Below are positions 18,563 to 28,178 of a stretch of 64,000 bases of DNA, piece after piece; position 1 is the first letter of the stretch; the number at the start of each line of letters is the position of its first letter. The stretch covers positions 79,650 to 143,649 of the forward strand of contig JAQTLZ010000001.1 in the NCBI GenBank assembly GCA_028714635.1, written 5' to 3'. The notes below the pieces were generated by a model. That model made no database searches and was not told the DNA's origin. It was given only the letters and a program-made list of their open reading frames with translations. A program made the position numbers and the translations under genes. Origin of the DNA: Minisyncoccota bacterium (lineage in GTDB: Bacteria > Patescibacteriota > Minisyncoccia > Phycocordibacterales > JAQTLZ01).

Positions 18563-20638
18563 ATGCCTAAAGAAGAAGTCAAAACAAAAGGTTCATATAG
18601 CGCTCAAGACATCACTGTTCTTGAGGGTCTTGAACCTGTCCGAAAGCGTCCCGGAATGTATATTGGAACGACTGGACCGGACGGATTGCACCACCTCATC
18701 ACTGAAATTTTCGATAACTCCCGCGACGAGGCGATGGGTGGTTTTGCTAACGATATTGAAATCGTTTTGCTTCCCGGAAATAAAGTGAGAGTGACGGACA
18801 ACGGCCGAGGTATTCCAGTTGATGTTCATAAATCTACAAAAGTTTCCGCGCTTGAAACGATTATGACCACGCTTCATGCCGGAGGAAAATTCGGCGGGGA
18901 AGGGTACAAAGTCTCCGGTGGGTTGCACGGAGTGGGTGCGTCTGTGGTGAATGCACTTTCTATTTACACCCAAGTCGTTGTGCATCGAGATGGCGGAAAG
19001 TACATGCAGGAGTACAAGCAAGGAAAGAAAAAGGCGGCGGTCAAGAAAATTGGTTCATCGAAACTCCACGGAACGATTGTGACCTTCGAGCCAGACATCG
19101 AGATTTTTAAGGAGATAAAATTTGAATGGAACAAGATCGTTTCGCACATGCGCCAGCAGGCTTATTTGGTGAAGGGATTGAAAATTGCTGTCATTGATGC
19201 GCGAGAATCAAAAGATCTCGAGAAAGTGGATTTGACTGATGTCTTTTATTTCCGAGAGCTTGGACGAGACCTTCCTTCATTCACTTTCTATTTTGAAGGA
19301 GGACTCATGTCGCTCATTAAGTTCTATAACCAAACTCAAAAGCCGGTACATAAAAATATTTTCTATGTTGAGAAAGAGGTGGATAATGTGGCGGTAGAAG
19401 TCGCGCTTCAATACGTGGATGATATTAGTTCTCGCGTACTTGCTTTCGCAAACAACATTTACAACTCCGAAGGCGGTACGCATATCACAGGATTCAAAAC
19501 GTCTCTTACCCGAACGCTCAACAGTTATTCTAATAAAAATGGAGGGGGGAAAAGCGAAGATAATTTTACCGGAGATGATGTGCTGGAAGGACTGACTGCC
19601 GTTGTCTCTGTAAAGATCCGCGAAATCCAATTTGAAGGCCAGACGAAAGCTAAACTCGGAACCGTTGAAGCCCAGTCAGCAGTAAGCACTGTTTTCGGCG
19701 AGGCATTTAGCGCATTTCTGGAAGAGCATCCTGATGATGGCCGGGCTATCATAAGCAAGGCTGTGCTCGCTATGAAGGCTCGAAAAGCCGCTAAGGCTGC
19801 GAAAGACAGCGTGCTTCGAAAAGGTGCGCTCGAGGGTATGACGTTGCCGGGAAAGCTTGCAGACTGTCAGAGTAAAGACGCTTCTGAATCCGAAGTGTTC
19901 ATAGTAGAGGGAGATTCTGCAGGAGGTACCGCAAAGACTGGCCGTGATAGGCGAGTGCAGGCAGTGTTGCCTTTGCGAGGAAAAATCTTGAACATTGAAC
20001 GAGCTCGGCTTGATAAAATGCTTGCGTCAGAGCAGATCAAGAACTTGGTGGTTGCTGTCGGTACTGCTATCGGCGACACATTCGATATCAGTAAACTTCG
20101 CTATCACAAAATCATTATTGCGACCGATGCCGACGTTGACGGAGCACACATCCGTACTTTGCTCTTAACTTTGTTCTACCGGTATTTCCGTCCGCTCATT
20201 GATGGAGGATTTATTTATATTGCCCAGCCGCCGCTTTATAAAATAAAGAGAGGGAAAGAAATTCATTACGCCTATTCGGATGAGGATAAAGTAAAGATTG
20301 TCGGCAAAAACGCTTCAGCGGAAATAGTTGAAGAGAGTTCCGAATCTTTGCCGGAAGGTGAAGAAAGCGAAGAAGCAGAAGATACAAAAGCGGGCGCAGG
20401 CAAGGAATCAAAAAAAGTTGCTAAAATTGCAATCCAGCGTTACAAAGGTCTCGGAGAAATGAATGCGGAAGAACTTTGGGAGACGACGATGGACCCCGCA
20501 AGACGCATTTTGAAACAAGTAAAGATAGACGATGCACAAGAGGCTGACAAAGTATTCGATATCCTCATGGGGACAGATGTGCCGGCACGAAAATCTTTTA
20601 TACAGTCTAACGCAAAATTGGCAAACATAGATATCTAA
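18563..20638 (+). CDS. gyrB: DNA gyrase subunit B
   Basis: YSAQDITVLEGLEPVRKRPGMYIGTTG...HHL..EI.DNS.DEA (GHKL ATPase). Toprim EGDSAGG. The acidic C-terminal GyrB tail is present. Confidence 0.9.
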   Translation: MPKEEVKTKGSYSAQDITVLEGLEPVRKRPGMYIGTTGPDGLHHLITEIFDNSRDEAMGGFANDIEIVLLPGNKVRVTDNGRGIPVDVHKSTKVSALETIMTTLHAGGKFGGEGYKVSGGLHGVGASVVNALSIYTQVVVHRDGGKYMQEYKQGKKKAAVKKIGSSKLHGTIVTFEPDIEIFKEIKFEWNKIVSHMRQQAYLVKGLKIAVIDARESKDLEKVDLTDVFYFRELGRDLPSFTFYFEGGLMSLIKFYNQTQKPVHKNIFYVEKEVDNVAVEVALQYVDDISSRVLAFANNIYNSEGGTHITGFKTSLTRTLNSYSNKNGGGKSEDNFTGDDVLEGLTAVVSVKIREIQFEGQTKAKLGTVEAQSAVSTVFGEAFSAFLEEHPDDGRAIISKAVLAMKARKAAKAAKDSVLRKGALEGMTLPGKLADCQSKDASESEVFIVEGDSAGGTAKTGRDRRVQAVLPLRGKILNIERARLDKMLASEQIKNLVVAVGTAIGDTFDISKLRYHKIIIATDADVDGAHIRTLLLTLFYRYFRPLIDGGFIYIAQPPLYKIKRGKEIHYAYSDEDKVKIVGKNASAEIVEESSESLPEGEESEEAEDTKAGAGKESKKVAKIAIQRYKGLGEMNAEELWETTMDPARRILKQVKIDDAQEADKVFDILMGTDVPARKSFIQSNAKLANIDI

Positions 20639-20640
20639 AA

Positions 20641-20677
20641 CAAAAAAGCCCCGCGACCAAAATCGCGAGGCTTTTTT
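20641..20677. terminator. Bidirectional intrinsic terminator between gyrB (+) and def (-)
   Basis: AAAAAAGCCCCGCGA-CCAAAA-TCGCGAGGCTTTTTT has an A-run on one side and a T-run on the other. Confidence 0.65.
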
Positions 20678-21214
20678 CTATTTCTTCTTCATGAGAAGTT
20701 GATATTCCTTTTCGGTGAGGATATCTTTGCTCCTTGCCCGATCGAGAAATACAATTCCATTCAAATGGTCGAGCTCGTGTTGAAAAATTCTCGCGACAAA
20801 ATTATGCGAAAGTTTTTTCTTCTCTACTTTTCCTTTTCTATCTGTGTATTCGACTTCGACTGAAATCGAGCGGGGGACAAGAGCGCGGATTCCCGGCACA
20901 CTCAAGCATCCTTCCCAATCTTTCTTCATCTTGTGCGATTTCTTGAGGATTCGGGGATTGATCATCGCAATCGGCTTCATCTTTGGAGCTTTTGGATATC
21001 GAGAGTTTGGGTGCGACCAAATAATAAAAATTCGGAGCGGTTCATAAACTTGCGGTGCAGCAATACCAACTCCGTTCGAATCCTTACAGGTGGCGATCAT
21101 ATTTTCGATAAGTTCCTGAATTTCAGGATCGTGAACATTTTTGACAGCCTTAGCTTTTTGCCGGATTACCGCATTTCCAAGTTGAGCAACCTGGAGTATT
21201 TTGGATTTTCTCAT
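20678..21214 (-). CDS. def: Peptide deformylase
   Basis: GVGIAAPQ, EGCLSVPG and HELDHL are the three PDF motifs. Confidence 0.9.
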   Translation of the reverse strand: MRKSKILQVAQLGNAVIRQKAKAVKNVHDPEIQELIENMIATCKDSNGVGIAAPQVYEPLRIFIIWSHPNSRYPKAPKMKPIAMINPRILKKSHKMKKDWEGCLSVPGIRALVPRSISVEVEYTDRKGKVEKKKLSHNFVARIFQHELDHLNGIVFLDRARSKDILTEKEYQLLMKKK

Positions 21215-21232
21215 AAGCCAATTCTACTATGC

Positions 21233-22468
21233 TTAGTACACAATCGGAATCGAGATTCTCAAAGTATTGTTATTCTCACTCGATTCTCGAATGTCTCGGT
21301 CTGGATCGAGAGTGATTGTCACTGGAGCGGTGTAATTTCCTCGATAGTCATAACGATAATCGTCGTATCTGTAATCGTCTGAATAATTCGTATCTAGATT
21401 ATCAAATCCGATCGTAATGATGATTCTCTCCCCAGGTCGCAGCGACGGCTGAAGATCTGATTCGAACGAGCTGTCAGCATTGGTAGGCAAGTCCGCATTG
21501 AACGCCCATCTTCCTGTTGCAGTCCCGCCATCATTTCTTACTTCGAATTGCACTCCAACTCTCTGGTTTGAATAAAGCTGTCCTGTTGGTCGAAATGCTC
21601 CGGTGTATGGATCGACAGTACCGATGCCGATGACTCGGATAGCGAGATCGGGCAAACCATTTCCGTAATAATTATTTGCAGGAGGATAATAGACATCATT
21701 ATTTCCGTAGTAAGCGTCTCCAGTCACGCTGAAATAAACAGTGCCCGCGTTATTATCCTTTCGTGATTCAGAGACAAGACCGCCTTCATCTACGCTTATC
21801 GTTACGGGCTGTCGTCCAGAACGAATATTGTCAAAACCGACGGTAATCTGCATTTTCTCTCCGGGTGCGAGTGAGCGCTCTGTTGGTGAAGAATAAGTAT
21901 CTTTTCCAGCTACAACTGGCATAAGCATACTGAATGCCCATGCTCCGCTTGCTCGTCCGCCGGCATTTTGCACTTCAAATCTTACTGCTGCACGCTCACT
22001 CGCGTCTATCGAAGGGCGAGTGACGAATACGTTTGTGTTTCGATCGATAACTCCAGTCGCGAGAATATATAAAACCAAATCAGCCCGCGTGTTTTGATTG
22101 TAGGCAGCGACGGGTGTTGGAGTCGGCGTATAGTCGGTGGTTCCAGAATTATCCGGATAAGAAACAACAGGAGCGGGGGTTGGTGTTGGAGTGCTTACAA
22201 TAATGACGGGGGTTGGTGTTGGTGTAGAAACTGCGGGAATAGGAGTCGCTTTCGGTTTGAAAATTTTAGAGACAGACACAGAAATAGAAGCAAGGCCAGA
22301 GAAAATAGAAGGGGCTAATCTGATCACTGCCCAGCTACCTACGATGATAAGGATAATAATCAGCCCAATTACTAGGGCTTTTTTGACAAATTCTCCCGTC
22401 CCACTCTTTTTTGGGGGCTCTTCGTGGAAATTTACCTCTACATCCGGCTTATGTTCGTCGTCTTCCAT
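21233..22468 (-). CDS. N-terminally anchored surface protein with a Pro/Thr linker and two CARDB-like domains
   Basis: TM helix at residues ~30-55. PTPTPV linker. Two ~110-aa repeats ending in ESRKDNN and ESSENNN (E-x-NE-xNN-like CARDB terminal motif), each with an internal FEVxNxGG. Confidence 0.65.
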   Translation of the reverse strand: MEDDEHKPDVEVNFHEEPPKKSGTGEFVKKALVIGLIIILIIVGSWAVIRLAPSIFSGLASISVSVSKIFKPKATPIPAVSTPTPTPVIIVSTPTPTPAPVVSYPDNSGTTDYTPTPTPVAAYNQNTRADLVLYILATGVIDRNTNVFVTRPSIDASERAAVRFEVQNAGGRASGAWAFSMLMPVVAGKDTYSSPTERSLAPGEKMQITVGFDNIRSGRQPVTISVDEGGLVSESRKDNNAGTVYFSVTGDAYYGNNDVYYPPANNYYGNGLPDLAIRVIGIGTVDPYTGAFRPTGQLYSNQRVGVQFEVRNDGGTATGRWAFNADLPTNADSSFESDLQPSLRPGERIIITIGFDNLDTNYSDDYRYDDYRYDYRGNYTAPVTITLDPDRDIRESSENNNTLRISIPIVY

Positions 22469-22559
22469 ATTTCACTATTATATGATAGTATCTATTCAAT
22501 GTCAACAGTCCGACAGCATGTTCTCGTTTTTGTGTCTGATTGTGTGCTATATTTAAAAA

Positions 22560-23225
22560 ATGTCATATCAAGAGAATAACATCGTCACAGGGAGTTCATT
22601 TAAGAACAAGCTTTTGTTTCTTGGAATATTTTTCGCTGTTTTTTTCGTATCGTTCGGCATTCTCTACGCCCTGGGGTTCATTCCTCTTGAGCTTGCACCG
22701 ACGAATGAAGAGCCGTCTCTGCCAAGCCCCACTGAAAGCGTTTCAGTTTCCGGGATGTCGCCAGCACCGACGGCCTCAATGGCTACGGGTGAAGAGCCGA
22801 TCCGCATTAAAATCCCAAATATTGGAGTTGATTCTCCAATACGAAATCCTTCGACTACCGATATTGACGCGCTCGATAACGAGCTTTTGAAAGGCGTTGT
22901 GCATTATCCAGGTTCGGGATATCTGGGGCAGGGGAATATGTTTCTCTTTGGCCATGGATCAAATCTTCCTGTTATCCATAATCAAGCCTTTAAAGTATTC
23001 ACCCAGATCAAGACTTTAAAACAAGGCGATGTAATTCATGTCCTCTCGCAGACCAAAGATTATTCGTACACTGTTTCTAAAGTAACTCTTGTGGATGCAA
23101 GCAAGGTGCTTGTGGAGTTTTCTACACAAAGAAAGATGCTTACGCTCTCGACTTGCGATACTTTTGGCACAAAACAACAGCGCTATGTCGTCGAAGCCGA
23201 TTTTTCTGGGAGCACTGATCTCTAA
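22560..23225 (+). CDS. Sortase-family transpeptidase
   Basis: N-terminal TM anchor. Catalytic His in MFLFGHGSN. TLSTCD = TLxTC active-site Cys motif. Downstream Arg (QQRYVVEA). Confidence 0.75.
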   Translation: MSYQENNIVTGSSFKNKLLFLGIFFAVFFVSFGILYALGFIPLELAPTNEEPSLPSPTESVSVSGMSPAPTASMATGEEPIRIKIPNIGVDSPIRNPSTTDIDALDNELLKGVVHYPGSGYLGQGNMFLFGHGSNLPVIHNQAFKVFTQIKTLKQGDVIHVLSQTKDYSYTVSKVTLVDASKVLVEFSTQRKMLTLSTCDTFGTKQQRYVVEADFSGSTDL

Positions 23226-23346
23226 AGTTCTTTTCTCGCCACGGGAGGCCGTATTCGAGGAGAGAGCTAAATACTTGACAATAGTATCTATATACTATAT
23301 AATACAAGAGTAAGGTAATTAATTGAGCTTAAAAACGGCTTGAATT

Positions 23347-25053
23347 ATGGCTTTTTTAGGCAATTTAACATTCATGAAAAACATTTTTTCAGTAAAAGAT
23401 ACTATGTCGAAAATTTTCGCAACAGCACTTATTTTTGTTGTGGTTTTTTCCGTGTTCGCTCCTTTCGTTGCGAAAGCGGATGATTATTATGATGGAGATT
23501 GGGGAACCACCTATGATGCTGACTGGGGTACTACTTACGATGCTGATTGGGGCACAACCTATGACGCTGACTGGGGTACCACCTATGACGCGGATTGGGG
23601 CACAACCTATGATGGTGACTATGGCACTACTTACGATGCTGATTGGGGCACCTCATACGATAATAATAATTATGATTCTGGTTGTGATGATTGTAATAAC
23701 ACCTATTACGATAATAATTATGACAATGGATGTTCAGACTGTAATTCTGGCTATTATGATAATTACGATTACGGCTGTTCTTCTAACTGTTACAGTCACA
23801 ACACTGGTTGTTCATACAATTGTTATCCACCGCCACCTCCTCCACCACGTCCGACTCCGCATCCTACTCCGCATCCAACACCAACTCCTGTTCAGAATCT
23901 TTCCGTTTATTGTGTAGCGAGTGATACAAATATCCGTGTAGGAGATTCCGTAACATGGAGAGCGAATGTTTCTGGCGGTAATGGCAATTACTCATACACT
24001 TGGAGCGGAGACGCTTCCGGTTCAGGCTCTAATGTTTCGAGAACATACAATAGTTCTGGAACTAAGCGTGCAACTGTTGAAGTACGATCTGGAAATCAGG
24101 TAGAAACTGCTTCTTGTACAACTTTCGTACAGGAGGAACAAAATGACCTAGACGCATATTGTGAAGCAACTCCGAATAATGCTGACCGAAATGAAACGGT
24201 TACTTGGAGGGTATTTCCTTCTGGAGGATCAGGTTCTTACTCCTACGATTGGAGCGGAGCTGTCACAGGAGATGGAAGGACTGAACAAGAATCATATTCA
24301 AGTTCTGGTACGAAACGAGCTACGGTAGAAGTGCGATCTGGAAATCAGACGATCACCCGAAGCTGTACCACGACTATAGAAAGAAATAATAACCGTGATC
24401 TCAACTTTACTTGTGAAGCCGATAGAAATAGCGCGCGAGTAGGCGAGACTGTCCGATGGACGGCTGACGTCGAAGGGGGCGATGGAGACTATGATTATTC
24501 ATGGAGAACATCTGATAATGTCGGTAGTAAGGATAACGAAACACTTCGTACTCGATACGATTCGACAGGAACGAAAAGAGTTTCTTTGACTGTAAGATCT
24601 AATGGAGACAGCGAAACTGAAGATTGTGGATCGGTATTTATTACAGGCACACTTGGAACATCTGTAACGGTGACCAGTATACCTACTGCTCCGCTTTCAT
24701 CTGCAGTTTATCTCTCCCAGGTTCCTTACACCGGTCTTGAGCTTTCTTGGAAGCTTGTCGGATTCGTTGGAGCTCTTATTCTCTGGAGTGCATGGATCGC
24801 ATACTTCATCTTCCGAAAGAAAGTGCTTCGCGATATTGCTAAAAATAGCGCACTCGTAAGCTCTCTCGAAGAGGAAGCTCGAAAAGAGAATGTGGTTGTA
24901 TCTCAAGATGCGATCGCTTCCATTATGAAGAAAGCAAAAGCTGAAAAGGCGATTGCAAGCGAAGTTCTTAAGCGAGTTATTGCGAAAGCAAAAGCCGTTT
25001 CAGGAAACGATTCTTGGATTGCTCTCTCGAAAGAAAAACTTAATAATCTCTAA
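23347..25053 (+). CDS. Secreted repeat protein: 8x DADWGTTY octapeptide, Cys/Tyr/Asp-rich region, poly-Pro linker, three PKD-like domains, and a C-terminal sorting-signal-like anchor with a cytoplasmic tail
   Basis: Signal peptide (MSKIFATALIFVVVFSVFAPFVAKA). The PKD-like units show W..W.GD..G.Y.Y.W.......YDSTGTKRVSLTVRS with a conserved Cys pair. C-terminal VPYTGLELSWKLVGFVGALILWSAWIAYFIFRKK plus 75 aa. The start may lie at 23377 or 23407. Confidence 0.65.
   Translation: MAFLGNLTFMKNIFSVKDTMSKIFATALIFVVVFSVFAPFVAKADDYYDGDWGTTYDADWGTTYDADWGTTYDADWGTTYDADWGTTYDGDYGTTYDADWGTSYDNNNYDSGCDDCNNTYYDNNYDNGCSDCNSGYYDNYDYGCSSNCYSHNTGCSYNCYPPPPPPPRPTPHPTPHPTPTPVQNLSVYCVASDTNIRVGDSVTWRANVSGGNGNYSYTWSGDASGSGSNVSRTYNSSGTKRATVEVRSGNQVETASCTTFVQEEQNDLDAYCEATPNNADRNETVTWRVFPSGGSGSYSYDWSGAVTGDGRTEQESYSSSGTKRATVEVRSGNQTITRSCTTTIERNNNRDLNFTCEADRNSARVGETVRWTADVEGGDGDYDYSWRTSDNVGSKDNETLRTRYDSTGTKRVSLTVRSNGDSETEDCGSVFITGTLGTSVTVTSIPTAPLSSAVYLSQVPYTGLELSWKLVGFVGALILWSAWIAYFIFRKKVLRDIAKNSALVSSLEEEARKENVVVSQDAIASIMKKAKAEKAIASEVLKRVIAKAKAVSGNDSWIALSKEKLNNL
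23494..23660 (+). repeat. Seven to eight tandem 24-bp coding repeats (GAYGCNGAYTGGGGNACNACNTAY)
   Basis: Read directly: gat/gac tggggnacnac(c/t)ta(t/c)ga(t/c)gc(t/g) iterated. Wobble positions differ between copies. Confidence 0.85.
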
Positions 25054-25054
25054 T

Positions 25055-25096
25055 TAAAAAAACCGCGCGACCCTTAAAGGTCGCGCGGTTTTTTGC
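25055..25096. terminator. Bidirectional intrinsic terminator between the repeat protein (+) and thrS (-)
   Basis: AAAAAAACCGCGCGACC-CTTAAA-GGTCGCGCGGTTTTTT is a perfect 11-bp stem with flanking A/T runs. Confidence 0.75.
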
Positions 25097-25101
25097 GTGT
25101 T

Positions 25102-26865
25102 TTATTTTTTGCTTTTTATTTCCTCTGTGAGTTTTGTAACAATCTCCTCCGTACTCATCTGCCCGAGATTTCCTTTTTCGCGATGTTCGAGTGTTGCTTT
25201 CTTCGCTTCAATATCTTTATCTCCGACAATTATAAAATAAGAAACTCGCTCTTCTTTCGCAGAACGGACCTTTTTGCCAAGCCCAACATCTTCGAGTGAG
25301 ATTTCCGCTCGGATACCAGCTTCACGCAATTTTTTGTAAATCTCTTTTGCGTATTCATTATGCGAAACTCTTACAGGAAGCACTCGCACCTGTACAGGGG
25401 AGAGCCAGAGAGGGAAATTGCCTCCGTAATGTTCAATAAGAAATCCGATAAAGCGTTCGTGAGTTCCAAGAGGCGCTCGGTGGATGCAAAGCGGTGTTTC
25501 CTCTTTTCCTTCTTTGTTTGTATACACTAGTCCAAATTTTTTGGGAACCGAGAAATCAACCTGATTTGTTGCCAAGGTAAATTCGCGTCCGATAGCGCTC
25601 CAAACTTCAACATCAATCTTTGGTCCGTAAAATGCGGCTTCGTTCGGTACTTCGACATACGGAATTTTTGATTCAATAAGAACATCACGCACCATCTTTT
25701 CGGTTTTTTTCCAAAGCTCTGGTTCATTCACGTATTTTTCTCCAAGTTTTGCTGGATCGTGAGTCGAGAAGCGCATAACATATTTATCAATGCCGAAGAT
25801 TTTGAAATATTTGAGATACATATCGTTCACTGCTCTGAATTCGTCGGCGAATTGCTCTTCCGTACAATAAATGTGCGCGTCGTTCATTGAAAGAGAGCGA
25901 ACACGCATAATGCCAAAGAGTTCTCCTGATTTTTCGTGGCGATAGACAGTGCCGTATTCTGCAAGACGAAGAGGAAGATCGCGATAACTTTTCGGTTCCG
26001 CGGCAAAGATCTTATGGTGATGGGGACAGTTCATTGCCTTCAGATAGTATTTTCCGCCTTCATATTCGAGCGGAGGGTACATACTTTCCTCATAGTAGGG
26101 GAGATGACCGCTTTTTAGATACATAGATTCTTTTGCGATATGAGGAGTTCTGACCCGTTCGTAACCGGCTTCAAACTCAGTTTCTTTCGCTAATTTTTCA
26201 ATTTCTTCTATCATTGCTCCTCCGTGTGGAAGCCATAGGGGCAATCCCGCGCCCACGTCTTCATCGAATGCAAAAATGCCAAGCTCTTTCCCGAGCTTTC
26301 GGTGGTCTCGTTTCTTTGCTTCCTCCTCTTGCTTTTCATACGCCTCGAGTTCTTCTTTTGTATCGAATGCTAGTCCATAAATACGGGTGAGCATTTTATT
26401 TTTCTCATCTCCTCGCCAGTATGCTCCCGCAACTCGCACGAGTGTGAATCCCAATGGGTCAATTTCTTTTGCAGGATTCTCAACATGTCCTCCTCGGCAG
26501 AGATCGGTGAATTCTCCCGCAGTGTAGAGGGTTATTTTCTCACCTTTACCAGCAATTTCTTCGATGAGTTCGAGTTTGTAGGGATTTCCTTTGAAATGTT
26601 TCTTTGCCTCTGCTTCCGTAACTTCTTTGTGGGTAAATTCTTTCCAACTTGGAAGCATTTTCTCCATTACCTTTTCGATTTTAGGAAGGTCGTTGTCGCT
26701 TATAGTCTCCGGCAATTCGATATCGTAATAAAAACCGTTTTCAATCGCAGGGCCGATCGCCAATTTTGCTTTCGGATACATTTCCAAAACAGTCGCGCCG
26801 AGAAGGTGAGAGAGTGAGTGTCGTTTATGTTCGAGTTTTTCTTCGGATTTCATGCCCGTAATCAT
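25102..26865 (-). CDS. thrS: Threonine--tRNA ligase
   Basis: HKRHSLSHLLGATVLEMYP (second additional domain). FRVRSLSMNDAHIY, HRAPLGTHERFIGFLIEHY. C-terminal anticodon-binding domain. Confidence 0.9.
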   Translation of the reverse strand: MITGMKSEEKLEHKRHSLSHLLGATVLEMYPKAKLAIGPAIENGFYYDIELPETISDNDLPKIEKVMEKMLPSWKEFTHKEVTEAEAKKHFKGNPYKLELIEEIAGKGEKITLYTAGEFTDLCRGGHVENPAKEIDPLGFTLVRVAGAYWRGDEKNKMLTRIYGLAFDTKEELEAYEKQEEEAKKRDHRKLGKELGIFAFDEDVGAGLPLWLPHGGAMIEEIEKLAKETEFEAGYERVRTPHIAKESMYLKSGHLPYYEESMYPPLEYEGGKYYLKAMNCPHHHKIFAAEPKSYRDLPLRLAEYGTVYRHEKSGELFGIMRVRSLSMNDAHIYCTEEQFADEFRAVNDMYLKYFKIFGIDKYVMRFSTHDPAKLGEKYVNEPELWKKTEKMVRDVLIESKIPYVEVPNEAAFYGPKIDVEVWSAIGREFTLATNQVDFSVPKKFGLVYTNKEGKEETPLCIHRAPLGTHERFIGFLIEHYGGNFPLWLSPVQVRVLPVRVSHNEYAKEIYKKLREAGIRAEISLEDVGLGKKVRSAKEERVSYFIIVGDKDIEAKKATLEHREKGNLGQMSTEEIVTKLTEEIKSKK

Positions 26866-26950
26866 AGCATTTCTGGTGTTTTTTCAAAATATTAAAAAAA
26901 TGGCGCGACGTGAATCGGCCACTTTCGAAAACTTGCACCCTTCGAAATCC

Positions 26951-27265
26951 TTAGGGCAATGAACTTATGGCGATGATATCGCAGTGGTCTTTGCGCGGAG
27001 TCGCTCGGATTCCAGTGTGCTGGCTAAGCACCACGTAAAGTCCTTCTTCTCCAAGTTCCACGCTTATTCCTCGCGGTCCGACGACTATGCAATGATGAGC
27101 AAGTTCCAGGAGCACCTGGTCTACAAAGGCCCTGCACATCGCCTGTACACTGGCATCGTTACTCGCGAACTCTTCGCATGTAAACAAGAGCGGCTTTTTG
27201 TTCTCCAACCTTCCGTAGATCGCTCGCGCTACGGCGTCGGGACGAGAAAGATTCTCTGAAGCCAT
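26951..27265 (-). CDS. Hypothetical protein (GC-rich orphan with strong SD)
   Basis: 104 aa with no recognisable motif. GGAGGAACGTATC lies before the ATG. About 52% GC. Confidence 0.45.
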   Translation of the reverse strand: MASENLSRPDAVARAIYGRLENKKPLLFTCEEFASNDASVQAMCRAFVDQVLLELAHHCIVVGPRGISVELGEEGLYVVLSQHTGIRATPRKDHCDIIAISSLP

Positions 27266-27358
27266 GATACGTTCCTCCGGTTTCTGGTTGAGTTTCGGTG
27301 ACTAATAAAATACTAGCATGTGGCTTTTTTGTTTTCTAGTCTGTGATAGAGTAGCAAT

Positions 27359-28117
27359 GTGAAAAAGAAAGATACATCATGGGGGAATGTTGCGGGATGG
27401 TATGACGAACTTCTCTCGAAGGATTCCGACAGCTACCAATCTAAGGTTATTCTGCCGAACCTCCTTCGGCTTATGGAGATCAAAAAGGGCGAGTGGATAT
27501 TTGATATTGCTTGCGGACAGGGATTTTTTTCGCGGGAATTTGTAAAAGCGGGAGCGAATGTTGTCGGTTCGGATATCGCTCCAGAGCTTATTGCAATCGC
27601 TAAAAAAGACGCGCCCAAAGAAGCCATTTTTCATGTTGCTCCTTCGGATGATATTTCGTTTGAAGAGAATGAATCTTTCGATAAGGTAGTCTGTATCCTG
27701 GCGCTTCAAAATATCGAGAAACTTTCCGAAACACTAGCAGAAGCATCTCGGATACTGCGTAAGACAGGGAAGCTCTATCTGGTTCTCAACCATCCAGCAT
27801 TTCGCATCCCGCAAAAATCCGGCTGGGAGTTCGACGAGAAAAAGAAGATACAATTTCGCCGAGTGGACGAATATCTTTCAGAATCCCGCACCGAAATCGA
27901 TATGCATCCGGGTCAAAAAGAAAGTGAGCACACGGTCTCATTCCACCGCTCGCTCCAAGTCTATTTCAAAATGTTTCGTAAAAATAATTTGGCCGTAACC
28001 CGTCTCGAAGAATGGATTTCCCACAAGGCGAGCCAAAAAGGCCCGCGAGCGGTAGCGGAAGACAAAGCCCGCAAAGAAATTCCATTGTTTCTTTTTCTTG
28101 AGATAGTTAAAATTTGA
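27359..28117 (+). CDS. Class I SAM-dependent methyltransferase
   Basis: DIACGQGFFSREF is motif I (GxGxG). VVGSDIAPE is the post-I acidic residue. The length is typical for MTase_11/25 family members. Confidence 0.7.
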   Translation: MKKKDTSWGNVAGWYDELLSKDSDSYQSKVILPNLLRLMEIKKGEWIFDIACGQGFFSREFVKAGANVVGSDIAPELIAIAKKDAPKEAIFHVAPSDDISFEENESFDKVVCILALQNIEKLSETLAEASRILRKTGKLYLVLNHPAFRIPQKSGWEFDEKKKIQFRRVDEYLSESRTEIDMHPGQKESEHTVSFHRSLQVYFKMFRKNNLAVTRLEEWISHKASQKGPRAVAEDKARKEIPLFLFLEIVKI

Positions 28118-28178
28118 CTATTTTCTCCCAAAAAGATATTTTGGCATAAGAGGTAACACTTGGATTGAGGAGGTGGCG

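Noticed and set aside
23494-23660. Possible CRISPR array (regularly spaced direct repeats)
   Set aside because: The only tandem repeat in the window is a 24-bp unit with no spacers. It lies in frame inside a protein-coding gene and encodes the DADWGTTY octapeptide. No repeat-spacer structure exists anywhere else.
23435-23917. 160-aa ORF in an alternate frame of the repeat protein
   Set aside because: It is an artefact of the low-complexity repetitive coding sequence. It lies wholly inside a well-supported gene, and its translation is low-complexity nonsense (MTLTGVPPMTRIGAQPMMVT...).
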